64,000 nucleotides of DNA from Amoebophrya sp. A120. Its lineage: Eukaryota; Protista; Dinoflagellata. Under the pieces are notes generated by a model that was given only the letters and a program-made list of their open reading frames with translations, was not told where the DNA came from and made no database searches. The first letter of the stretch is position 1; every line of letters begins with the position of its first letter. The translations under genes and the position numbers were made by a program. This document shows, in pieces, positions 12,805 to 26,800 of this stretch. The stretch covers positions 3,381,320 to 3,445,319 of the forward strand of contig CAJINV010000004.1 in NCBI GenBank assembly GCA_905178155.1. Reading direction: 5' to 3'.

Positions 12805-13716
12805 TTTTGACTCGATATGGAAAAAGTCAAAGTGAGAATGAAATTATAATTTGCTGTACCGGTTGTATTTCAACAGCTAATTAGAGACGAGCTACGGCAA
12901 CCCCAACCTCACACGACAAATATCGTAAAAATAATCCCCAAGATGATCCTTTGAAAAAAAACGACAGGCTGCTCATTTGCAGCAAAGTTTATTTCAAAGA
13001 GGACTTCAAAACGAAGAATGTATCACGATGCGTACTACGGAGTCTATGCGTACGGAGTACACGTAAGGCGGACTCTCGGCCCTGTGCCTTGCTTCCCGTC
13101 GGCCGGTAACGAAACGTAAGCACTAACGACCCACGATTTGACGACTTCAGGAAGCTTGTTTTCACGACGCACTGCAAAGCAAATAAGAGTCCACGAATCA
13201 TTTTGTCTCTGGTGCAGCCACGAGATGACGAGACAGATCTGGTATAGAAGTCACGTTTGGATGCTTTTCATTCATTACACATCCTTTGGTCTTACTTCTA
13301 GCCCTGCCTTCGCTTATGACTCGTCCAAGCGTCTACTTCCCAATTACCACGATGTTTTTTTCCCTGTACAGAAACTGCAGCACGAGAAGAACTCTTTGTC
13401 GTACTAGCAACGAACCAAAACACTCTTCATAACTTTGGCACATCGCGCTAGCGACGATGTTGGCCGTGATCACGGTACATTGATTTTGTCGCAAGACCGA
13501 CTGTTTTTCGCAAACAGCCATTACGAAAAGAAAAGTAAAACAAAAGCTGAAGACTGAAACTGAAACTGTGTGGATTGTCTTTCTGGATGTTCCTGGGTTT
13601 TACAGCAGGGTGTCAGCGATGCGACGTTTTCAAATTATTAAGTACTTATCCCTCGTCTATTCAAGACATAACATAAAAAAGCGCCGACACCTTCCAAGAA
13701 ATCCTACTCAATTTTT

Positions 13717-16388
13717 TCACATCATCCGCGCCAGCGCCTTGTTGATGAGGTGCAACTGGATCTCGTCGGCGTCTTTCTGTCGCCTCACGTCTGTAACGGG
13801 ACGATAACCGCGCTCGTCCTGGATTTCTTGCTGTGTCAGTCGCAACGCTTCTGATGTTCTTGTGTCAGCAGATGATAGCACTTTGTTCACCATTTTCCTC
13901 TTCTTGTTCGACATTTTCACCTCACGACCGACCCGAGCAACCAAGCCGAAAAAGCCACGCATCACGAAACTCCGAAAACCGGCGGTGAAGTCAGAAAAAA
14001 ATCCCGCAGTAGAAGTTCTTGACGGAGAAGTTTTCCGTGTTGTAGTACCTCGGGTAGAAGCTGCAGTAGTGCCACCGTTCAACCTGTTGTACAGGAATAA
14101 AACTCGGCCACCGAACAGATATCAAAATGAAAAATCCCCCCTTCTCATATCAAAACGGAAATCTGTGATGCGGAATTTCTGTACACAAATCAAATTTGTC
14201 TTGCAGTAGAGCAATGCACGCAGATCGCAAGCCTAGCCAGGGGCCTCTTGCTGTAGGCGCCTAGCATGGCAGACGTCTGCCCTGTAGGCCTTACAGCATT
14301 ACAAATCGCCTATGTAACGCGGCGGACACCCCAAGTTTGCCTTCTTGCATGACATACCGGATTTGTGGTCACAAATCTGCAACACAAATTTTCAGGAGGA
14401 TGCGTCTTTAATATGGGAATGGGGAGGGGGGATTTTTTGTTACGATAACAGAACAACCGGCTTCGCGGTCTGGAGGCCGCGACAGGCGGGCGGCTGGCGG
14501 AGCGTCGGATCCCAGATGCAGGAGCCGGTTGAGGTTTCAAAGATGTAGGAATGTAAAGGACAAATCACGAAGGCTTCGACGGCCAGCTGTGTGTCTGTGT
14601 GATGTAGTAGCCGACGATCAGGTTGATCTGGTCTCTGTAGGAAAGTACAACTTTCAGCTGGATTTTTTCGGGTTCTTGTCGATCTTGTGTGAAGATGGTT
14701 GGATGTGTCCGGCAACTTGGCGACTTCTTTTTGTAGGAAATTTTCTTCCGCGGGTGTAAGTGGCACTGGCACGCCAGCCGCGGCTGCGGCGGTCGTCCCC
14801 TCGTCGTCCTTGGGAGCCGCGGCGGTAGAAGATGCGGTTTCTAGGTGCAGGTGGGCCGCGGCTGAGTGGAAGGCTACAATCCGGCCGTTCTCAGCGCCCA
14901 GACCAGTAGCTCCGGATCCGCCCTCGCAATCTACAACAATCGGCAGAGGTTTCTTTGTCTTCAAAAAGTCCAGTTCCGCGAGAAATGTCGGTGTTGGAAG
15001 ATTAGCAGAACTTGCTTCATTTAACGTGACGCTCGACCTTGCTGTGCACGATGTGCTGTGTGGCGTAGAAGGTGCAGTTGTGGCTTCAGCTCCGGGTGCA
15101 GCAGGTGCTGGTGGTGCTTGATCTACTTGTCCAGGTTGTGCTGTACTTCTTGTTCCATCTTCCCCTAGTGTTGACGAACTACTAGCACGATCATTCTTGG
15201 GAAAATCGCTAGTGCTTCCTCCAGGACTACACGCTGTTCTTGCCGCTGGCATCAAAACAAGCTCTTCGGCAGTCTCGGCGCAGGACACGAAGCCGGAAGG
15301 CGTTTGCTCTTCGGTCTCAAGCTCGGAATCAACCGGGTGAAAAAGATGACAAGAGGAAGAGTCATCTTCTCCATGCTGTGCAGTAGCAGTGGTCACCAGA
15401 TGACTTCTCTGGTGTTGACCCGCAAGTTCTTTTATCCCACCTTCCACTTCTTCGGACGTTGTTTCATCGGCGCTACTGGAAGATGAGGAGAGCAGCGACG
15501 CAGAACTCGGCAAAGCTTGCTGGTGCCCATGTGTCTTGAGCAGGTCGTTTAACGCAGTTGTAGTTCCCGCGGTCTTGCTGTTTTCGACAGTACAACTCTC
15601 GGTTTGTTCTTGATCTTCCGACGCTCGTTCTTTCCGAGGTGGAGAGCTGCCACCTCGCACAGCAACCCGGACTAACAACTCCTCGATGTCACCCTCACTC
15701 AAATCCGCGGCCGCGTGGGGGCACCACCGCTGCACGACTTTCAGGTTTTGGTTCGCGACATCCAGTCTGTGCTTCCAGATCGTGAAGTCGACTTTACTGG
15801 AAAAACACCCGCTCGCGTTCAGCACCAGCCAGTCGCTGTTCTTTTTGGACACCTGGAACTGCAGCCCGTTTAGAAGAAGTCCTCTACAACCGATGAAGGA
15901 GAACCGGGTAGTGTACCACCGGTAGAGGAAATAGGTGCAGCAATACCCGACAAGAGCTCGTGGGTTGAAAACCTTGTTCAGGACCCTCGCTAGAGGCTTG
16001 TGCTTCTCCAGAAAATCCAGCGCCTGCTTCAGAAACGCAACGTCGTTTAGTTTCGCGGTGGCGGTTTCGAGATAGGTGGCGTAAATCGAGAAAACCGGGG
16101 TTAGAACTTGTTCTGTGATTCTTCCTTCTACCGCGGCTAATGTCCGTCGCGCGGTCTCGGGAACTACCGAGTAGAGCTGTTCTTGCCAGTAACTGGCTGT
16201 AGAAGTAGTTGTACCTATCGAAGCCGCTGTCAGGCGGGACAGGCTGTGTGTGGCCAGCTCGGTGGAAGGGATCATGAAGTAGTGGTCTTCAGATGATTTT
16301 TTTTGGTCATGCGATTTCGTAGTCAGTATGGACGAATCTACTTCAAGAAGATGGCTTAGGTAGGATTCGAATGAAACATCTATATTTC
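13717..16388 (-). CDS. Hypothetical low-complexity protein with a hydrophobic segment; 5' end not determined
   Basis: The 658-aa ORF joins ORF 13717-14082 in frame (VVL-FGGRVLFLYNRLNGG) once the 14120 element plus 5 nt is removed. Confidence 0.65.
14120..14447. mobile_element. Introner type D
   Basis: TIR tatc....aaaaatcccccc; TSD acaga/acaga. Confidence 0.92.
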
Positions 16389-17564
16389 CAACCTGACAGG
16401 CGGAGCGGCGCTTCAAACGGTTCGCCAGGGGAACAGGAAGCAGGGGAACAAGAGATGCTTAACTTTTACCTCGATTGTAGTTGTCTCCCTCGAAAAAGTC
16501 ATACTTGCGTACTAGAGTCTTCACTCGTTCCTCTGCAATGTTTCCTTTGCAGAAAAAGAGGTTGAACACGAACCAACCCCCCTGCGAATCCGTATGTCCT
16601 AGTTGTAATGTGTCAAAATCAATGAAAATGAATCACGAATAGTAATGCCAGTCGAACATTATGTTGAAGACACCAGAACAAATCATGCGTGATCGTCGTG
16701 CTGGCGTGCTCTGAAAAGAATCTTATATGTTTCTCATGTCGCGTTGGTACTGAAGCTTCTCTCCTGTCAAAGTCAATAGCGTGCTGTTACAACTGGTCCT
16801 GTAGTGAGCCTGATCATTCAGAAGCTTGACCACTACATTGCTGTCATCTTCAAGGTGGAGGAAGATCGCGAACCCTGCCACTTCTTGCTTTCTGTGGTTT
16901 TTTCGCGGCCTCGCCCGCTACTGTGAACCACGTCGAAGCCAGGCGCGCCAAAAATAAGCCTAGCTACTGACACTGACTTAGTAGTGCGCATGAAGAGATC
17001 TGTTCTACTGCCAAAAGCGTGACTGTGTTGTGTTCTCGGAGGCGGCCTAGAAGGCGTAGGCCTGCTTTGCGGAAAGGAGTCCAGAACAGGCAGCAGATCT
17101 TCAGAGTGTACGCTTCACGCAGAATTCTTCTTGATGTCCAGTCGTACAGCGAACTCCTCGTCACCTGTCTCTACAGTCGTGTTCTTCGTTCTGCGCACCT
17201 CCGCATGAGCTCCTAGCTGTTGGCTACTCCCAACATTCATCTTCGTTTCCTACTTTCTGTTCTGCTTTCGGATTCGGCTCATGTGGTTGAAAAAATCAAA
17301 ATGCTTTCAAAAACTGTTCGCGACTAATACTTATATGGCGCGCCGTGGACGAGTTGCTTGGTTGTTGAAAGAAGAAGATGAAATGAAGAGGTTTAAACGA
17401 AAGCAAGACGGTCGCACGCCGTCATATTCGAGGGAGCAGAAGATGCGGAAGATGTGGCCACCTCCGAGAAGGATGGTTTATTTGATGTTCCTCCCGAGGT
17501 ACACGACTTTCGTCCTGTTAGCCAGCCTCAGATCATGACTACACCAGCATACTAGCAGCTCCTT

Positions 17565-20500
17565 CTACAGCTTCTGAAAGTCGGCCAGCAGGTAGATTTC
17601 GCACTCGCCGACCGTGCGCCCCATCTCGCGGTCGTGCTCCTCTGCGGCCTCCTGAATCAAGATGTCTTCGGGGGAAAGCTCGATGGAAGATGAAGTTGGT
17701 GCTCCTGCTGTATAATTGTTTTTGTTCCCGTTATTTGCAGGTAGACTTGAATTTGGCTCTGTTGTCCCAGTCCCACCGCCCGTAGTGGTCGTGGTGTCCG
17801 TAACTAGTGCGTCGATCAGCTTGTCGACCGATGCCCTCAGCTGTTGCAGATCGTAGTTCTGTTGGTCGGCGGACGAAGGGGGTAGTGGTCCTCGTTGTAG
17901 TTGCGTCGTTTCTTCCTCTGCAGCTGTAAAACCACTTGGAGTTGAACTTTTCTCGTTGAACAGCAGCTCCATTTTTGGCCGGTACCCGTCCTCCTTCTGG
18001 ATTTTGTATTTGAACCCTGCTTATCAAATGGAAAAATGTCTGGGTCTGGGAGATTGCGAGATTTGTCATGCTTGTCTGGCATGACTCTGAACTCTGTGTT
18101 GCATGGCCGCGCAGAGCTCCTCCTCCGAGTCATGCAAAAACGCAGTTTCTCATGCGAAGTACGCAACTCAGAACCATGGAAAAAACTTGTCATGTGTGGC
18201 AGCGCATTAGAGTGAGTTCACTACTCCCTTTCTTGCATCACAAGTTTCCAGACCCAGACATTTTTGCATTTGATACTGCTCTTCGGCGGAACCGCGGCAG
18301 AATCTTCTTCTCCAGGTATTCCCGGTCCGCGTCGGACCGCTCGCGGTAGGCCAGCACAAAGACCGGACACCGCGGCCTACTCTGCTTGTTCTCCAAAGCA
18401 GACAGCCACTTGTTCCCCGATTTGGTCGACGCAGTCCCGTATCAAATGCAAAAGTGTCTGGGTGTGGAAGAGTCATGCTGTTTTTGCATGACACAGAAAG
18501 TCTGGCATGGAAGCTCTAGCATCACAGGTTTCGAGAAGCTTCCGCAATGCCGAATCCGCATGACAACTCCCCCATTTTGGTGACAGAATTTGGGCAGCTT
18601 TTGCTACCTATGCATGAGAGATTATTCTGTGTTCTGAAATGCGCACCACAAGTTTGTATTCTTCAAGACCCAGACATATTTGCAATCCATATCCCGCCCT
18701 CGGACTGCAGCTGCTCGTAGTTGCTGTTGTTGGTCAACATCTATCAACTGCAAAAGTGTCTGGGTCTGGAAACTTGTAATGCTGCGTTGGGAATAGTGAA
18801 TGCTCTGTAATGCACAGGCAAGCATGAGAATTATCTGCGCTCCTTCGTGTTGCGTTTTTCGCATGACAAACTGCGTTTTTGCATGACAGGCAAAAGGGTC
18901 TCTTCTTGGACACGCATCACAAGCTTTTTGGTCATGCCAGACAAGCATGACAAATCTCGCAATCTTCCAGACCCAAACATTTTTGCATTTGATAACATCG
19001 CAGCCGCCGAACTACTACTCGAGGACATCAAAAGCGCCTTGGAAAAGGGATTGGGTATCTTCTGCGTCGCGAACAGTTTCTGGGCCACCGCCTGCGGCCC
19101 GGCCTTCATCTTCAGCAGCGCAGCTTCGGATGAAAAAGGCCGCTGTGGGTCTACTTCTGTAGCTGCTGCAGACGACGGAGCTCCTCCGGCTCCTGTCGTG
19201 CTGTTTTCTGGTTTGGGTGGGCTGTTGAGAAAAAAAGCTTCCAGCACGGAAATCAGGGGGTCCTGCTCTATCAAAGAAAAAAAGTGTGTAAGTGTAACTT
19301 TTTTGGAGGAGCAGATTCACAGATTTGCTCTGTAGGACAGAGAAAACCTGTCATGCGTAGCTAGTACGTGAAAACACGTACGAAAATAGCCTCTAATGCA
19401 TATCCAGCATGACAAGTGTAACTGTCTTGCAACACCTGCAAGACAAAGCTACACTTACACAGTTTTTTTCTTGCATATGCTCCTCCACGTAGATAATGTC
19501 CGCGCCGAGGAGAAAGTCGTAGCCGCTCGTAAAACCCGACGGATACGTATCCTGAGCAAAAATGTACCCACCCCAGAGTTCTCATGCAGATTTGCAGCTA
19601 CAGGAAGATTTGTAATGCGCATCCACATGAGAAACATTTCCAATCGCGTTTTGCGCTTTGTAATGCTGTCGACAGGATGAGTAGATGGATTTGTGTTGCG
19701 GCTGTGCTTGCTAAACTGCACTACAATACAGAGACGAACTTGTCATGCTGGACCCCCAAAACTTCTCGATTTGTGTTGCGAGATCCCCAGCTTGACTCTG
19801 GTGTGGGGACGTTTTTACATAGGATAATACGCCTTTTCCGTCGTACTGCCCCAGTCCAGCGCTTTTGCCTCGATGAAGGGAGCATCTGAGCACGCGCTGC
19901 TGGACACCGCGGCATTCGGAACATCGTCGTTTGGAAAGTGTTCTTGTTCGTCCGCTCCCGTTGGCGTCTTTAATGTTATTCCCTCTACTCTTGCGCCGCC
20001 ACCCCGAGGAGCGCCGTCGGCCTCTTCAAGCGGAACGGGCTTTTCCTCTTCACCTTCTCCTGCCTGATCTGTGATTTTCAAGCTTTGGGTTCTCGTACTA
20101 GTTGCGAGCGTGGTTGTCGTATGATCTACCTGCTGGTGTTCCGCCCCACTTGTTTATGGATTGCAAAAATGTCTGGGTCTGGAAGAATGCAAACTTGTGA
20201 TGCTGCATTTGGATTCCAAAAAAATCTGTATTGCATAAGCAGCAAAGGGAATGCAATTTTGGCTACGCGGAGAGGGCAGTTGTCATGGGGAATAGGCATC
20301 GCAGAGCCCTCAAAAAGTCTGTGATGCTAGGACGTGCATCACAGACATCATGGCCCATGCAAAACGCGCATGACAAGTCTCAGAAATTTCCAGACCCAGA
20401 CATTTTTACATTTGATATTGTTGCTCCCAAGCTGATTTTTTTGTTCAACGACGTGCTGGCTCCGGACGAAGCAGAGTGAAGAACTTTCGCTTGCTCCTGC

Positions 20501-21086
20501 TGCGCTGTTGCAAATGCCGCTGTTTCTTCGTCGCAGAAGTTTAGCTCCAAATTTCGCTGGATCAAGGGCACCAAGTCCGCGTAGTCCGTCACGGTTACGA
20601 TCCCCGGGCGCAGGTGCTTCGCCACCACCAGACTGGGCAGTCCGACCCCGGTATCGCACGAAAAAAGTGTTACAGTTACACATTTGTAGTCAATTCAGCA
20701 ACGCAAATTTCTCTGCATGAGAGAGAAAACCTGTAATGCAGAAATCCTACGGGAAAACACCCATGAAACGAGGCTCCTATGCATATCCGGCATGACAGAG
20801 CTTGTCTGTCTTGCTTGGCCTGCAACACAATGTGCAACTGTCACACTTTTTTCTTGCGATACCCGGCGCCGAGCTCGAGGTAGTCCGCGCCCTCGGGGAA
20901 AAGATGCTGCTTCTCCTTCAGCCACTGCCCCAGGAGCGCGCCGCTCGGCCACAGCGAACCCCCGATGCGGAACTGCGGCCAGGCTTCGAGTTCGAACCCG
21001 AGCACTTTCTGCCGATCGACCATGCCGCAGTAGCCGGGAAGGGCGCCGTGGGTACCTGTTTTTAGTGAAGTAAGTAGGTTTTGCAA
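17565..21086 (-). CDS. Protein-lysine methyltransferase, Methyltransf_16 / METTL21-like family; start uncertain
   Basis: Motifs GGSLWPSG, YLELGAG/VGLPSL, VTVTDYADLVPLIQRN, LDWG, DFLLGADIIY and VLAYRER are restored in one frame after removing 7 introners. Confidence 0.85.
18022..18275. mobile_element. Introner type A
   Basis: TSD ctgct/ctgct. Confidence 0.93.
18440..18691. mobile_element. Introner type A
   Basis: TSD tcccg/tcccg. Confidence 0.93.
18742..18994. mobile_element. Introner type A
   Basis: TSD acatc/acatc. Confidence 0.93.
19269..19477. mobile_element. Introner type B
   Basis: TSD tgctc/tgctc. Confidence 0.93.
19548..19826. mobile_element. Introner type C
   Basis: TIR tatcct..g.aaaaa.gt.cccac.ccagagt; TSD atacg/atacg. 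Confidence 0.93.
20155..20417. mobile_element. Introner type A
   Basis: TSD ttgtt/ttgtt. Confidence 0.93.
20652..20861. mobile_element. Introner type B
   Basis: TSD cccgg/cccgg; splits the SAM-binding motif ELGAG|VG. Confidence 0.93.
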
Positions 21087-21548
21087 TTTCGATACGGCAC
21101 ATCAATTCCAATCACGTCAAGTCGTACTTACGAGGAGGTTAAGTTGCAACTACAACACACACTTAGACTTAATAGTAAAAGTAATACACCCCACGATATA
21201 ATGCAACCAGAAAAGAACGATGAAGAACCAACGAGAAGGCGAAAGTAGACGAGTCTTTTCGGATCGATGCCCTAGACTTTCCGTATTTTTACCCAACTGT
21301 CACCGAGAAATGGCGTTGTCTTGTGCACTAGCGGCACATGCTTTGAATGAGGGAGAGGTGAGGGAAGCTACTGGAACTATGTATCTATACAATATATAAA
21401 TTCAAAACCTTCTAAAAGGATTATTTAAGGACAATACTGCTACTGTCCGGTAGGTACTGTTGACCTACTCGCAGCTGTTTTATAAAGAAGTAGAAGTACT
21501 CGTCCTCGAGTACATATTATTGGCCATGCCTTTTCGTCGACAAGTTGA

Positions 21549-24537
21549 TCAAACACAGAGCAACAAGAAGTGTGAAAACACTACTATCGCAAGAAACATC
21601 TTCCCGTCTAGATGAAACGCACATAACCAAGTGCGACCTGAAAGATGAGGCGAACGCGCGTCGCCAGCACTTTCCCGCTCGTCGGTGTTTTTTGACACCG
21701 ATCCGCGCCGCCGCTTTCGCTGCCGCACGATATGCATTGCAAATATCTTCTTCCCTGGGAGTAGTCTGGAAGAATGGAAAGTCTTCTGTCATGCTCGGCC
21801 AGTATCACTCTCAAGTCACTGTCGTGCACGCTAGTAGTACCCAAGCAAATTATCCCAGTTTCTTGTCATGCAGAAATGCAGCTTGCCATGCAGAAGAGGC
21901 AACACGTAGCAGCTCAAAATCGTGTCGTGCGTGGCAATGGCCGCCCATTGGGACGACGTCCTCATGATTTTTGTCCAGCTCGTATCACAAGTATAATTCA
22001 CAGACATCCAGGGGTATCTTCGATATTTGCATTTGATACGCGAAGGTCGGATACAGGGCGGCCGCGAGCGAGAAAATGATGCCCGAGAGAAACAAGACCA
22101 GCCACCACGCCTCCTCGAATCGCTTCCATTCCTGCCAGTAGAATTGCCCCAGCGCGACCTGGAAGAGCAGGGAAAAGGCGATGTTCATAGCCACGGTGAT
22201 GGTGGCGTCGCCATACCTGCATCAGGATTTTTTTAGGGTATAACTTTATTCATCTGTGAGCTCCTTTCTACGGAGGTCATGTGACAGGTCCGATAGTGCA
22301 ACTTCCTACCGAAAGGACGTATTTCTTAAACTTGGGAGAAGTAATTGTAGCTGCATCATACTTCCCTCCGGTTGCTTGTTCCTGCGTCGATTTTTTAACT
22401 TTCAGGAGAAGATGAAGCTAGAACTTCTACCTTCAAAAACTACTTATATATACTTGAGCGCGCGATTGATTTCCCGCATCATGAGCACGCCGGTCAGAAC
22501 GGCGAGCGCCGCAAAGAGGTAGAAGGGGTAGTTGGCCAAAATCCGTGGTCGGTTGTTGGAGATCACGTCGGTCAGCAGCAAGCTTGTGCAGCGAAAAAAC
22601 GTGACGGTCAACCCGGAGAACACCCCGGACAGCATCGCGTATCAAATGCAAAAATGTCTGGGTCTGGAAGAATGCAAGTTTGTCATGCTTGTCTGGCATG
22701 ACTCGAGAATCTGTGTTGCGTAGGCACGAAAGAGCCCTCGTAACTGTCATGCGAAAAGGCAGTTTGCCATGCGGAATACGTAAGACATGGCAGCCACAAA
22801 ATTTGTCATGCATAGCTGCGTATTGCGGCGCGTCTATCATTCACTTTTGGCATTACAAGTTTCCAGACCCAGACATTTTTGCATTTCATATCGTGTGCCC
22901 CAGCACCACGGACTCCACGTGTAGCTGTTTGTCGGAAACAATTATCAAATGTAAAAATGTCTGGGTCTGGAAGAATGCAACTTGTAATGCTGCATTTGGA
23001 TTCCAAAAAAATCGGTATTGCATGAGTACCAAAGGGAATGCAATTTTTGCTACGCTGAGAAGGCATTTGTCATGCGGAGTAGGCATCAAGAAGCCCTCAA
23101 GAAATCTGTATTGCTAGGGTATGCATCACCGACATCATGGCTCATGCAAAACGTGCATGACTAGTGTCAGAATCTTCCAGACCCAGACATTTTTACATTT
23201 GATAACAATCTCAGGCGTCTCGCGCAGCTCCTGCTTCCGCCGACTCACCAGGGCGAGCGTGGAGAACGAGAAGAGGCCGATCAGACTGCCGCACACGAGA
23301 AAAACCGGCTCGATAAAGTAGTCGATGAAAACAGCGTCCAGGTGCTCGTGCTCGTCCCCAGAAGGAGGGTCCACCACTGGGTATGGATTGCAAAAAATAT
23401 GGTGCCTCGGTCAGGAAGGATGCGAACTTGTGATGCGGCAAATGGAAAAGGCAATCTTAATTTTTACAACTTCTCTGTGCTGCATAGCCAGAAAAAGATG
23501 CGCGCGTTGATTTCTCTGTAGGGAAGGGGATTTCTCTTGCAGACTGTAGGCATCAAGAGGCGTCTGCAGGAGCAATTATCATGCTGTCTGTGCGGCGCAT
23601 ACTACCTTCTTGCAGATGGAAAAACAGGACGACAAATGTCTGTGTTCCTTTCCTCCAGATCCTAAGACGTATTCGCATTTGATACCGGCGCGCCGGAAAC
23701 TACCAGGCCCGCGCCGATGGCAATCAAAACCATGCCCCGAATGTCGTACTTTGTTATCTGTGCATGGATTGTTTTTTGTCATGGGAATAAAACAAAAACA
23801 CATCAAGCAGATATAATTGATAGACATGATGCGAAACGCTCCACGGCATTTACGAAACGTCGAGACAGGCACGAGATGAAACCGCTGAAAAAATAACAAG
23901 TACCTTCTCGTTTAACAGACTGCGAGCGAAGAAGCTGTTCGCCACCAGGGTCGAGGGCAACAGCGGCGCCAACGCCGATTGCGCGGCGAACATGAAGGCC
24001 AGGGCGGTGAGAATTTGGGAGGACAGGTACACAATCAAACCGGTCAGCCAGCGCTTGGACTTGTAGTATGGCTGCGCGAGGTCGTCCGCATTGCCGTCTC
24101 CGCGGAGCTTATCCCACGAAAAAACTGTTTCACAACTGATATGATCATTTGACAAGATCTGCATCACAATCACTAGTTTGCTATAGTAAAAGATAAGAAA
24201 AAACAAGTACACATGACACTGAAATAAATCTGCCGTGCGCTGCTCTTCCCAAGGGCAGGACAAAACACGCTTAAAGAAACATCCCATGTCTTATATGCAG
24301 GAGGAGGTGAAGCAAGGCAAACACTTCATCTTTCTTCTGCATCTTCACAACTTCTACTTCACAGTGAAACAGTTTCTTCTACTTGCGATAGAGCTTCTCT
24401 GCCTGCTCTTGGCAGTCTAGGTGCCCGCGCTTCTGCAGACAAAGGCCCAAGGCGGTGCCGATGTTGCCGCCCATGTGGCAGAGAATGCCAATGATGAACA
24501 GCCCCACCGTGCGACCCTCATCCGGACGGTTCGTCAT
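21549..24537 (-). CDS. NIPA-family magnesium transporter, multi-exon
   Basis: GLCLQKRGH, PYYKSKRWLTGL, ALAFMFAAQSALAPL...LLNEK, LGQFYWQEW; multiple TM segments; four introners plus canonical introns. Confidence 0.8.
21731..22038. mobile_element. Introner, degenerate type A
   Basis: TSD cacga/cgcga. Confidence 0.85.
22640..22890. mobile_element. Introner type A
   Basis: TSD tcgcg/tcgtg. Confidence 0.92.
22943..23204. mobile_element. Introner type A
   Basis: TSD acaat/acaat. Confidence 0.93.
23382..23684. mobile_element. Introner, degenerate type A
   Basis: TSD ctggg/ccggc; frame restored. Confidence 0.85.
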
Positions 24538-26357
24538 GATGTTCTTTGTTCTTGCTGGCGGATGAAAAATCTTACTTTCTGTTCTGAAGATTTTTCTGTG
24601 CCGGAGCCGGTGAAGTACAAGACTCGTCGCTGCTCTCTTGATTTTTTGTTGATGTTCTTGCTGTTCCACCTCCACTGGTAAGTAGTTGTCCTGTTGTCCG
24701 AAGTAGACTAGAGGTCTCCGAAGTATGTAGTTCTCCCGTTTATCATGACGGAACGCGCAAGTTGTGGGAATCGACTGGTTTGAATGATCCCATGTGGTAG
24801 TACAACTCGTGGTCCTTTGCTACGCAGCACTATGACCCCCGTAGTAAGAAGTACACACCGGCCTGAAAGTCCTGCGCTGCGACAAGTGTTCCCCAAGTAG
24901 AGATCACATCCGAAACGGGAAACTTGCAGCTACCGCAACCGTGGGCACCGCAACCAAGACCAACGGTGCTAGTACTCCGGCAAAATCAAAAACATTCTGC
25001 ACTAAGCAAAATAAAATTGCCGGGAAGAAATAAAAGCAGCAGCTGGTCGGTGCAGCTCCCGTTCTTGCCCACGGTAAGACAGTGAGACCTGCGGCTGGTC
25101 CTCGTTTTCGGATGCGGACTCCTATCCCGGAGCCAAGGTGAGAGACAGTTGACGTTGATGTGTAGTGGGAGCAAAAATATACTGTACTACTGTCATTGTC
25201 GTGAAACTAACAAGCAATGACGTTGTAAAAAACAAATCTTCATAGATAACGCAGCTTTATCAGCATAAAACAATTTTACTTATAGCGTATCTTTACAAGA
25301 AAAATGTCCGAAAAATGCCTCCCGAGTTTGAGGGATTATAGCGGGTGGAAGAAGTAGAAGATAAATTATTAGCTCACTAGTAGTAGTACGTACTAGTAAA
25401 AGTAATGGTAGTCGGTGCAATTTTTTAATGAGGCAGTTTAGTTGTACTTGTTGTTAGCTGTAGCTTGTCGCAGGGTGGGATTCATCACAAAAAAAACAAT
25501 GCTCCTGTCTCGTTGATCCGCTCGGAATGCGACTCTGCGAAAGTAAAGGCAATAAAGAAATGGCTCAAAAAGTACTCCTATTTTCTTCTCCATCTTGTTA
25601 GCAAGAACATACCTTTAGCTCTACTACCCTCATGAGCCTCTTCTACCCTCTCCCTCTTGACGACATCAGCCATGGATTAGTGCACCACATTCTCTTCTAG
25701 TGTCGTGTGGGTTCTTTGTGCGGTTCAGTCTTAGAGACGACTCCTCTATTTGAATGTTCTTGCCGCACTGCATGTATGGGTCGGTGCTTCGTCATGGGTA
25801 GCGCGCTAGCAACATCAAGATCGTACTTCGTCCACCCAGCATCTGCAAGCCCCTCCTTTGGTTCTCCTTCTCCAGGCGATTACAGGTCATCGTGTGTTCT
25901 TGCATGCGCAACATGTGCCAACATTTTTCAAAACAAAAGCAGGCAAAGACTCGTCTCGATGAGACCGATAGATACATAATGTCTCGAGTCACCATGATGG
26001 GGGGAGCTCCATCACGGAAACTCCGGACAGAAGAAGGGCAGGAATTGTAGAAGAGCAAAAATTTATCTGAATCCCGCCTGCATTCACTGGAAAAATGCGA
26101 ATGCCGCCTGCATTCATCTACTACGAAGATACGACTCCATGTACATTTTGCTATGCTTATGTATTGCCTTCAAAATTACTAGGCTCAATTTAAACTTACC
26201 CCCTTCTATCATACAGCACGAAAGAAACCACAGCTGCGTGGGGAGGCAAGGCCTGCCTACTTCCTCCACCACAGCGATATCTCTGTAAGAACCCCGTAAA
26301 CATCGATATTTTTGTTTTGCGCCTCTACACGCCGAAGCGGCCGAACTATATTTACTA

Positions 26358-26800
26358 TCAGACGAAAGAAAACAAGGACAAACCGTCGAAATTCTGCCGG
26401 GACGTTGAGTGAGAGTTGTAGGCGAAACCATAACCAAAACCATCTTCACGATACTTTTTATGGACGAGTACAACGATTTCCGTTGTATGTAGTACTAACA
26501 ATAGTATGTAAAACAGCGCACCTAGTCCACTTCCTTCATCGTTGATGTCGTACAGCATGGGCAGGCCACCATGATAACGCACGGCGTAAATCGGAGTTTT
26601 GCTTGTCGTTTGCCCCCGCGTGGTTGCTCCACTTGCGGTCCCTGTAGCTCCGATGCAGCATAAAGACGCAGGACCTGCAGTCGCGAGAAAGGAGAGACAC
26701 GTGGTCACGGAGGACGACAAAGCAACATGATCGAGGCAAGTTGTGCTACCGATGGTGGTGGCGGCGGGAGGGGCAGAAGTCATGATGATTTTATATATTG
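26358..26800 (-). CDS. Possible small membrane protein
   Basis: 3' half of a 231-aa ORF with a hydrophobic stretch GLGALFYILLLVLH; no family recognised. Confidence 0.25.
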
